DNA of 11,603 bases, from the NCBI GenBank assembly GCA_029553505.1, contig JAKPKY010000249.1, positions 1-11,603 on the forward strand, read 5' to 3'. Shown piece by piece: positions 6,487 to 11,603 of this stretch. Origin of the DNA: Planctomycetota bacterium (lineage in GTDB: Bacteria > Planctomycetota > Phycisphaerae > SM23-33). Position numbers and translations under genes: made by a program. Under the pieces are notes generated by a model. The model was given only the letters and a program-made list of their open reading frames with translations. It had not been told where the DNA came from and made no database searches. Numbering within the stretch: position 1 is the first letter of the stretch; each line of letters starts with the position of its first letter.

Positions 6487-7572
6487 GTGAAGCTCTCCCC
6501 AAAGATCGTCGAAGACGTCCGGAAACGCCTGCTGGACTGGTATCGCCGCCACTGCCGCGAGATGCCCTGGCGGCAAATCCGCGACCCCTACGCCATCTGG
6601 ATTTCCGAGATCATGCTCCAGCAGACGCGGGTGACGGCCGTCGTGCCCTACTTCCGCCGATTCCTGGAGCGATTCCCCGACGCAGCGTCGCTGGCCCGGG
6701 CCCGCCTCGACGACGTGCTCAAGGCATGGGAAGGCCTGGGCTACTACAGCCGCGCGCGGAACCTCCACGCGGCCGCCAAGCGCGTCGTGGCCGACTTCGG
6801 CGGGGCACTGCCCCGCAGCGTCGAGCAACTCCGCTCGCTGCCGGGCGTGGGGCAATACACGGCCGGGGCCATCGCGAGCATCGCGTTCGGCCTGGACGAA
6901 CCCGTGCTGGACGGAAACGTGACGCGCGTGCTGTGCCGCCTGCTGCGCGTGGAATCCGACCCGCGCAGCGGCGCGACGGTGCGCGGGCTGTGGGCGGCGG
7001 CGCGGCGGCTCGTGCCGCGCGGAAAGGCCGGCCTGTTCAACCAGGCGATGATGGACCTTGGCGCGACCGTCTGCACGCCGCGCAACCCCCGCTGCGGCGC
7101 CTGCCCGCTGGCGACGCCCTGCCGCGCCCGCGCAGCCGGCGTGCAGGAGCAACTGCCGCGCAAGGCCTCCCGCAAGCCCCTGCCGCACCACACCGTCGTC
7201 TGCGCGATCGTCCGCCGGCGCGGGCGCATCCTCCTGGGCCGCCGCCGGGAAGAGGGACTGCTGGGCGGCCTGTGGGAATTCCCCGGCGGGAAGGTCGAGC
7301 CCGGCGAGTCGCTGCCGCAGGCCCTCGCGCGGGAAGTGCGAGAGGAAGTCGGCCTGGACATCCGCGTGGGCGAGCGGCTGGCCGTCGTCGAGCACGCCTA
7401 CACGCACTTCCGGATCACGCTGCACGCCTTCGACTGCCGGGCGGACAACGGGCGGGCGCGGGCGCTCGGCTGCCAGCGCGTCCGATGGGTCCGCCCAAAC
7501 GAACTCGACCAGTACGCCTTCCCCCGCGCCAACCGCCGCATCCTCCAGGCCATCACGGAATTTTCGATTTGA
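6487..7572 (+). CDS. mutY: A/G-specific adenine DNA glycosylase MutY with C-terminal NUDIX/MutT-like domain, 361 aa
   Basis: LLDWYRRH..R.MPWR, EIMLQQTRV, helix-hairpin-helix LPGVGQYTAGAIASIAFG, catalytic D in VLDGNVTRV, 4Fe-4S Cys cluster CTPRNPRCGACPLATPC, C-terminal WEFPGGKVE NUDIX-like fold; GTG start at 6487 is the first in-frame start after the promoter; the long upstream extension of the ORF (from 4969) is antisense to the previous gene. Confidence 0.9.
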   Translation: MKLSPKIVEDVRKRLLDWYRRHCREMPWRQIRDPYAIWISEIMLQQTRVTAVVPYFRRFLERFPDAASLARARLDDVLKAWEGLGYYSRARNLHAAAKRVVADFGGALPRSVEQLRSLPGVGQYTAGAIASIAFGLDEPVLDGNVTRVLCRLLRVESDPRSGATVRGLWAAARRLVPRGKAGLFNQAMMDLGATVCTPRNPRCGACPLATPCRARAAGVQEQLPRKASRKPLPHHTVVCAIVRRRGRILLGRRREEGLLGGLWEFPGGKVEPGESLPQALAREVREEVGLDIRVGERLAVVEHAYTHFRITLHAFDCRADNGRARALGCQRVRWVRPNELDQYAFPRANRRILQAITEFSI

Positions 7573-7615
7573 GATTTGACCTTCGGTCCTCGGTCTTCGG
7601 TATCCGGTATCCGGG
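7566..7615. repeat. Heptanucleotide tandem repeats: GATTTGA x2 (7566-7579, overlapping the mutY stop) then YYTCGGT-like x5 (CTTCGGT CCTCGGT CTTCGGT ATCCGGT ATCCGGG, 7581-7615)
   Basis: 7-bp periodicity read directly from sequence. Confidence 0.75.
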
Positions 7616-7725
7616 TTCCTTTCCGGGCGATGGTCGCGGCGCTGTATGGGGATTTCTTTGTTGCGAGCGTCTTGGCGACCACTCCCTTACGGTCGTGGCT
7701 CTGTAAAAGCCCGAGGCACAATTCG

Positions 7726-7858
7726 CGATTTCCGATTGCCTGCTGCCTATTGCCTTCTTCCCTCAGTCCTCCCAATTGTCAATTGACAATCGACAATTGA
7801 CAATTTCTCACCACTCTCCACTCTGCACTCTCCACTCTGCACTCACCACTCTCTCCTG
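7726..7858. repeat. Continuous-phase array of 19 imperfect heptamers. Units: CGATTTC, CGATTGC, CTGCTGC, CTATTGC, CTTCTTC, CCTCAGT, CCTCCCA, ATTGTCA, ATTGACA, ATCGACA, ATTGACA, ATTTCTC, ACCACTC, TCCACTC, TGCACTC, TCCACTC, TGCACTC, ACCACTC, TCTCCTG
   Basis: 133 bp in which sub-arrays of distinct unit sequence (TGC-type, CAATTG-type, CACTC-type) follow each other without breaking the 7-nt phase; lower GC than the flanks. Confidence 0.75.
7775..7790. promoter_or_regulatory. Perfect 16-bp palindrome ATTGTCAATTGACAAT (two CAATTG cores) embedded in the heptamer array; candidate operator for a dimeric regulator
   Basis: Self-complementary on inspection; ~100 bp upstream of the putative nfeD promoter. 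Confidence 0.4.
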
Positions 7859-7886
7859 ACATGTCCCAAAAGCGCGGGGTTGTGAC

Positions 7887-7916
7887 TTGCCAGCGCGCGG
7901 GCAGGATGGGTATCTT
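7887..7916 (+). promoter_or_regulatory. Candidate promoter of the nfeD-floT operon: TTGCCA (7887-7892) - 18 nt - TATCTT (7911-7916)
   Basis: Best hexamer pair between the repeat array and the AAGGAG SD at 7980-7985; weak call. Confidence 0.3.
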
Positions 7917-7992
7917 TCGTTCCGGCGGGCGGGGGCGCCCGCGCAGGCTGGCAGCATGGGCCTGAACGCACCTCGCGATAAGGAGTCTTGCC

Positions 7993-8628
7993 ATGACGGA
8001 ATGGTGGACGCACCTGACGATGCTGAACCAGTCGTTTTACGTGGCGGCGGGGTTCTTCAGCATCATCTTCCTGTGGCAGTTCATCGGCGCGATGCTGGGC
8101 ATGGGCCACGGCGACGTGGACCTGCATCTGGACGCGGGCGCCGACGCCGCCGACGTCGGCGGCGACAGCCTGGAGGCGCACTCGGCGCACGAGGCAGCCG
8201 ACAGCGCCGCGGCCTTCAAGGTGCTCTCCCTCCGCGCGGTGCTGGCGTTCTGCACGATGTTCGCCTGGGCCGGGGCGCTGTACCTGAACCTCGGCACGCG
8301 CGTGGCGATCGCCCTGCTGTACGCCCTGGCGTGGGGCCTGGCGGGCTGGGCGCTGGTGGCGGTGCTGGTGAACTGGATGCGCCGCCTGTCCGAGAGCGGC
8401 ACGCCGCGCCTGAGCTCGTGCGTGGGCACGACGGGCACGGTGTACCTGCACATCCCGGCCGGCGGGTGCGGCGAGGCGCGCGTGATGGTCAGCGGGGTCA
8501 TCTCGACGGTCAAGGCCCGCGCCGCCGACGGCGGGCAGATGGTCGCGGGCACGCCCGTCCGCGTGACCGCCGTGCTGGATCACTCCACGATATCGGTCGC
8601 CCCTGTCACGGGGGAGAAAACTGCCTGA
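7993..8628 (+). CDS. nfeD: NfeD-like membrane protein (short NfeD/YuaF type): N-terminal TM helices plus C-terminal OB-fold beta-barrel, 211 aa
   Basis: AAGGAG SD 7 nt upstream of the ATG; two or three hydrophobic helices (FYVAAGFFSIIFLWQFIGAMLG, AVLAFCTMFAWAGALYL, IALLYALAWGLAGWALVAVLV) then GTVYLHIPAGGCGEARVMVSGVISTVKARAADGGQMVAGTPVRVTAVLDHSTISV typical of the NfeD C-terminal domain; sits immediately upstream of a flotillin gene, as in the B. subtilis yuaF-yuaG pair. Confidence 0.75.
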   Translation: MTEWWTHLTMLNQSFYVAAGFFSIIFLWQFIGAMLGMGHGDVDLHLDAGADAADVGGDSLEAHSAHEAADSAAAFKVLSLRAVLAFCTMFAWAGALYLNLGTRVAIALLYALAWGLAGWALVAVLVNWMRRLSESGTPRLSSCVGTTGTVYLHIPAGGCGEARVMVSGVISTVKARAADGGQMVAGTPVRVTAVLDHSTISVAPVTGEKTA

Positions 8629-8779
8629 CAAAACGAACCGCGGAGTTCGCAGTCCCGAAGGGATGCCTTCGGCAAGGACGCGGAGTCAGAGAAATGAATT
8701 AGAAGTCTTCTCAGCGACCTCTGTGCCCTCTGCGGTGGGGATTTTTGTTCTTGGACTTCAAGGGAAAGGAACAGGACCA

Positions 8780-10270
8780 ATGAACGCAATGACGGCAATG
8801 CCGGCCCTTCTGGCGGCGACGGGCGACGAGGGGGGATTCCCCACCGGGGTCGTGCTGACGCTGATGCTCCTGGTCATCGGGTTCGGCGTGCTGATGTTCT
8901 TCTTCAGCCGCATCCGCCGGTGCCCCTCCAACAAGGTGCTGGTCATCTACGGGAAAACGGGCAGCGGCGCCGCGCGGTGCGTGCACGGCGGAATGGCGTT
9001 CGTCTGGCCGCTGATCCAGGCGTACGACTACCTGGACCTCGAGCCGTTCGTCGTGCCGATCGACCTGACCAACGCGCTGTCGCAGGAGAACATCCGCGTG
9101 TCGGTTCCGACGACGGTGACGGCCGCCATCTCCAACCAGCCGGGCGTCATGGAAAACGCCGCCATCCGACTGCTGGGACTGACGCGCGGGCAGATTCAGG
9201 CGCAGGCGCAGGACATCATCCTCGGGCAGATGCGCGCGGTCATCGCCACGATGAAGATCGAGGACATCAACCGCGATCGCCAGGCGTTCATGAGCGCGGT
9301 GAACGAGGCCGTGACGTTCGAGTTGGAGAAGATCGGCCTGGGCGTCATCAACGTCAACATCCGCGACATCGAGGACGAGTCGGGATACATCAAGGCGCTG
9401 GGGCGCAAGGCGGCGGCCGAGGCCATCAACCAGGCCAACATCGACGTCGCCGAGCAGGAGAAGCGCGGGCAGACGGGCGTGGCCGAGCGCCAGCGCGACA
9501 CGCGCATCGCGGTGGCCAACGCCAACGCGCTGGCGGACATCGGCGAATCGCAGGCCAGCCGCGACCGGCGACAGAAAGTCGCCGGGCTCGAGGCGCAGGC
9601 GGTCGAGGCCGAAACCGACGCCGACGCCAAGAAGGCCTCCTACCGCGCCAACCAGCGCGTGGCCGAGGAGCAGGCGCGCAACCGGTCGGAATCGGCCGGC
9701 AAGGAGGCCGACGGCGCCATCCGCGTCGCGCAGGAAGTCGCCCAGAAAAAGGCCGAGGAAGCTCGCGCCCAGCGCGAGCAGGCGCGCCTGAACGCCGAGG
9801 TGGTCGTGCCCGCCAACGCCCAGCGGGAGAAGGTCATCATCGCCGCCGAGGCCGAGAAACAGCAGTCCATCCGGATCGCCGAAGGACAGGCCGCCGCCAC
9901 CCTCGCCAAGATGCAGGCCGAGGCCAAGGGCGTCCAGGCCATCCTCGACGGAAAGGCCGAGGGCTACCAGCGACTCGTCGAGGCGTGCAAGGCGGCCGAG
10001 CAGGTGGCCGCCCTGCTGCTCATCGAGAAGCTCGCGGACGTCGCGGCCGTCCAGGCCCAGGCGATCAAGGACCTGCCCATCGAGAAGGTCATCGTCTGGG
10101 ACGGCGGCGGCGACGGCGAGGGCGGGCTCAAGGGGCTGGGCGGACGGCTGCTCGGGGCCCTGCCGCCCATGCACGACCTGGCCAAGCAGGTCGGGCTGGA
10201 GCTGCCGGAGTTCCTCGGGCGCATCGCGGCGGAAGCCAACAAGACGCCAAAGCCCGCCAAGGACGCCTGA
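8780..10270 (+). CDS. floT: Flotillin-like SPFH/band-7 protein, 496 aa
   Basis: AAAGGAA SD 9 nt before ATG 8780; N-terminal membrane hairpin (GVVLTLMLLVIGFGVLMFFF) then SPFH domain (KVLVIYGKTGS..., IEDINRDRQAF, GYIKALGRKAAAE); long Ala/Glu/Gln-rich coiled-coil (EA-repeat) region; C-terminal KVIVWDGGGDGEGG. The in-frame extension back to 8663 has no SD and is judged artefactual. Confidence 0.88.
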   Translation: MNAMTAMPALLAATGDEGGFPTGVVLTLMLLVIGFGVLMFFFSRIRRCPSNKVLVIYGKTGSGAARCVHGGMAFVWPLIQAYDYLDLEPFVVPIDLTNALSQENIRVSVPTTVTAAISNQPGVMENAAIRLLGLTRGQIQAQAQDIILGQMRAVIATMKIEDINRDRQAFMSAVNEAVTFELEKIGLGVINVNIRDIEDESGYIKALGRKAAAEAINQANIDVAEQEKRGQTGVAERQRDTRIAVANANALADIGESQASRDRRQKVAGLEAQAVEAETDADAKKASYRANQRVAEEQARNRSESAGKEADGAIRVAQEVAQKKAEEARAQREQARLNAEVVVPANAQREKVIIAAEAEKQQSIRIAEGQAAATLAKMQAEAKGVQAILDGKAEGYQRLVEACKAAEQVAALLLIEKLADVAAVQAQAIKDLPIEKVIVWDGGGDGEGGLKGLGGRLLGALPPMHDLAKQVGLELPEFLGRIAAEANKTPKPAKDA

Positions 10271-10296
10271 CGCGGCGTGACGTTTCCCGCAAGCCG
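10271..10296 (+). repeat. 26-nt direct repeat CGCGGCGTGAcGTTTCCCGCAAGCCG immediately after the floT stop (copy 1; copy 2 at 10901-10926)
   Basis: 25/26 identity with 10901-10926; leader segment of the REP-like composite element. Confidence 0.7.
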
Positions 10297-10303
10297 CGGC
10301 GAC

Positions 10304-10338
10304 GGGTGGCACGGCTTGCTTGCAAGCCGTGTTCATAC
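10304..10338 (+). repeat. R1 palindromic module GGGTGGCAC-GGCTTG-cttg-CAAGCC-GTGTTCAT (9-bp stem hairpin)
   Basis: Near-identical to the reverse complement of 6312-6344 and related to 6274-6304. Confidence 0.65.
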
Positions 10339-10367
10339 CTCGCGCATGCGTGCGGGGCACTACGGAT

Positions 10368-10440
10368 GGGTGCCACGGCCAAGCGCTGTCTGCTTGGCCG
10401 TGCGGACACCCTCAAGCACACGACGCTTGAGGGTGGCACC
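10368..10440 (+). repeat. R2 element, 73 nt, predicted three-way junction: outer stem GGTGCCA/TGGCACC; hairpin 1 GGCCAAGC-gctgtct-GCTTGGCC; linker GTGCGGACA; hairpin 2 CCCTCAAGC-acacgac-GCTTGAGGG
   Basis: 70/73 identical to 10936-11008; lies in the 5' leader of the bPH gene. Confidence 0.7.
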
Positions 10441-10460
10441 TGCCCAAGACGGAGTGAACC

Positions 10461-10910
10461 ATGGAAATGACGATGGAGATTCAGCGCCGCAAGGTGGAGA
10501 GTTACCTGCTCTGGCAGGCGGCGCTGACGTTTCTGCTGATCGGGGTGTGCACGTGGGGCGTCGGCCTGGCCGTGGGGTTGTTGTACCTGCTGACGTTCGG
10601 CCCGTACGTCGCCCGCCGGCGGGCCGAGGCGCTGGAGTACCGCCTGGACGGAACGACCGTGCGGATCCGCGAGGGATTCCTCTTCATCAAGCACAAGAGC
10701 ATCCCGCTGGACCGCGTGACGGACATCGTGATGGACCAGGGCCCGCTGCTGCGGCACTACGGGCTGTGGACGCTGAAGCTCCAGACGGCCGGCGTCGGCC
10801 AGGGGCGTGCCGAGGGCGTACTGTACGGCCTGACGGAACCCGAGCGCATCCGCGAGATGCTGATCGCCGCCCGCGACCAGGCCGCCCGCCGCGGCGACTA
10901 CGCGGCGTGA
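10461..10910 (+). CDS. Bacterial PH-domain (bPH_2 / YdbS-like, DUF304-type) membrane protein, 149 aa
   Basis: GGAG 8 nt upstream of the ATG; two N-terminal TM helices (LLWQAALTFLLIGVCTWGVGLAVGLLYLLTF) followed by a ~90-aa domain with the characteristic IPLDRVTDI...QGPLLRHYGLWTLKLQTAG pattern of bPH_2 proteins. Confidence 0.75.
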   Translation: MEMTMEIQRRKVESYLLWQAALTFLLIGVCTWGVGLAVGLLYLLTFGPYVARRRAEALEYRLDGTTVRIREGFLFIKHKSIPLDRVTDIVMDQGPLLRHYGLWTLKLQTAGVGQGRAEGVLYGLTEPERIREMLIAARDQAARRGDYAA

Positions 10911-10926
10911 TGTTTCCCGCAAGCCG
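10901..10926 (+). repeat. 26-nt direct repeat CGCGGCGTGAtGTTTCCCGCAAGCCG (copy 2); its first 10 nt encode the last three codons and TGA stop of the bPH gene
   Basis: 25/26 identity with 10271-10296. Confidence 0.7.
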
Positions 10927-10935
10927 GGTCTATCT

Positions 10936-11008
10936 GGGTGCCACGGCCTGGCGCTGTCTGCTTGGCCGTGCGGACACCCTCAAGCACACGACGCTTGAGG
11001 GTGGCGCC
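10936..11008 (+). repeat. R2 element, copy 2 (GGGTGCCACGGCCtgGCGCTGTCTGCTTGGCCGTGCGGACACCCTCAAGCACACGACGCTTGAGGGTGGCgCC)
   Basis: 96% identical to 10368-10440; differences are AA->TG in the hairpin-1 5' arm (weakens pairing) and A->G in the outer stem (keeps G:U). Confidence 0.7.
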
Positions 11009-11026
11009 CAACAGTGGGCGTCGGGG

Positions 11027-11060
11027 AAAAAAAGAACGCCGCCTCTGTGAGGCGGCGTTC
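11027..11060 (-). terminator. Rho-independent terminator of the cold-shock gene: perfect 12-bp stem GAACGCCGCCTC / GAGGCGGCGTTC, 3-nt loop, followed on the minus strand by a T7 run
   Basis: Read directly; 25 nt downstream of the csp stop; also closes the convergent bPH transcript (no T-run in that direction). Confidence 0.8.
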
Positions 11061-11084
11061 CTGTGATTCATGCCGCGGGCGGGA

Positions 11085-11285
11085 TTAGCCCTTGCGGACG
11101 TTGACGGCCTTGGGGCCCTTCGGACCCTGCGTCAGGTCGAACGTCACGGTTTCGCCTTCGGCCAGCGACTTGAAGCCTTCGCCCTGGATGTCTCCGTGAT
11201 GGACGAACGCATCGGTGCCGTCATCGGCCGTAATGAATCCGAAACCCTTGGAATCGTTGAACCACTTCACCTTGCCGGTTGCCAT
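11085..11285 (-). CDS. cspA: Cold-shock protein, CspA family, 66 aa ([18 protein letters not shown]...)
   Basis: RNP-1 KGFGFI and RNP-2-like VFVHH motifs; AAGGAG SD 8 nt upstream of the second ATG (11285); the first ATG at 11291 is too close to the SD. Confidence 0.9.
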   Translation of the reverse strand: MATGKVKWFNDSKGFGFITADDGTDAFVHHGDIQGEGFKSLAEGETVTFDLTQGPKGPKAVNVRKG

Positions 11286-11291
11286 ACTCAT

Positions 11292-11503
11292 GGCTCCTTG
11301 TCATCAGGCACGTTTGTTCTCGAGCGTGTTCTCAAGCAACGAAACCGCAACGGTGAAGGGATTCACGGGGGCGGAAGACCTGAGTGTCAACTGTAGAAGA
11401 ATGCGAGTGCCGATCGTATTCGCCGGCGGCAAGCGAGGAACCTTTCCCCGCGGACCGTCAGCCATGTTGACTCAGGGTAGCGTTCCGCGCGGGGGAAGTC
11501 AAA
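11292..11503 (-). promoter_or_regulatory. Long (~200 nt) 5' untranslated leader of the csp gene, with a possible promoter TTGACT - 17 nt - TACCCT near 11470-11503 (minus strand)
   Basis: Csp genes typically carry long structured 5' UTRs; the hexamers are weak; the 67-aa ORF 11387..11590 here is judged spurious. Confidence 0.3.
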
Positions 11504-11517
11504 GCAATTCGCAAATA

Positions 11518-11584
11518 TCCCGCGCGCGGTTTCGCGGCGGCGCGCGGGAAACGACAACGCCCACGGAGGGCTGTCCGTGGGCGT
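11518..11584. other. Two GC-rich hairpins: CCCGCGCGC...GCGCGCGGG (11519-11548) and CGCCCACGGA-gggctg-TCCGTGGGCG (11559-11584, followed by TTTGCATTTG)
   Basis: Possible terminator(s) of an upstream minus-strand gene beyond the window, or a plus-strand terminator; read directly. Confidence 0.3.
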
Positions 11585-11603
11585 TTGCATTTGCCGTATG
11601 CGG

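Noticed and set aside
4969-7572. 867-aa plus-strand ORF
   Set aside because: Only its last 362 codons (from GTG 6487) are mutY. The upstream 500 codons are the Arg/Gly/Pro-rich antisense of the 4909..6192 gene and cross the promoter and MITE region, a typical high-GC artefact.
7576-7800. 74-aa ORF inside the heptamer repeat region (also 7398..7775 minus)
   Set aside because: No SD; the sequence is dominated by simple repeats; the reading frame is a by-product of the 7-nt periodicity.
7726-7858. Possibility that the short tandem repeats are a CRISPR array
   Set aside because: Units are 7 nt with no unique spacers; this is incompatible with CRISPR repeat-spacer architecture.
8663-8779. N-terminal extension of the flotillin ORF to ATG 8663
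   Set aside because: No SD at 8663, whereas ATG 8780 has AAAGGAA at ideal spacing and gives the expected short N-terminus before the membrane hairpin.
7843-10470. Minus-strand ORFs 7843..8631 and 8711..10360, plus-strand ORFs 7887..8702 and 8920..10470
   Set aside because: Shadows of nfeD and the flotillin gene. The 'NTACKQAVPP' peptide recurring at the starts of 8711..10360 and 6288..7706 is simply the translation of the R1 palindromic repeat.
10128-11050. 264-aa minus ORF and 257-aa plus ORF overlapping the bPH gene and the repeats
   Set aside because: Low-complexity R/P/A/G translations running through non-coding repeats; the 10461..10910 frame has a coherent TM plus bPH_2 architecture and an SD.
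11387-11590. 67-aa minus-strand ORF upstream of csp
   Set aside because: Lies in the expected csp leader, has no SD, and has an R/A-rich low-complexity translation.

Overview
This is a high-GC (roughly two-thirds G+C) bacterial chromosomal segment made up mostly of housekeeping genes. Long spurious Arg/Pro/Ala-rich ORFs on the opposite strand of each real gene also fit a high-GC genome. In order the window holds: the first 7 codons of an unidentified minus-strand gene at the left edge; uppS and purA on the minus strand, joined by a TAATG stop/start overlap; two small orphan genes in an AT-richer pocket (2428..2700 and 2833..3030, the first with a strong promoter); ispE; a convergent secreted protein with a poly-Asp/Lys tail; a stand-alone tRNA-Ala(GGC) with its terminator; a 427-aa secreted hypothetical protein; mutY with a C-terminal NUDIX-like domain; an NfeD-like OB-fold membrane protein followed by a flotillin (SPFH) gene and a YdbS-like bPH_2 membrane protein; and a convergent CspA-family cold-shock gene with a clean terminator. 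I saw no defence system, CRISPR array, toxin domain or integrase. The unusual content is non-coding. (1) The ~420-bp mutY/nfeD intergenic region is filled with runs of imperfect 7-bp tandem repeats. One run of 19 units (7726-7858) keeps a single phase, contains a perfect 16-bp palindrome ATTGTCAATTGACAAT, and ends about 30 bp before the putative nfeD-floT promoter. (2) A family of GC-rich palindromic REP-like modules shares GGGTGSCAC termini and GCTTGCAAGC-type hairpin cores. It includes a 73-nt three-way-junction element present twice at 96% identity, bracketing the bPH gene as >100-bp direct repeats; in one copy the 26-nt shared leader overlaps the gene's last codons and stop. (3) A 140-bp MITE-like element with perfect 21-bp terminal inverted repeats flanked by TAG on both sides sits in the divergent promoter region upstream of mutY and carries two of the palindromic modules. 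All calls come from reading the sequence; no database searches were possible.
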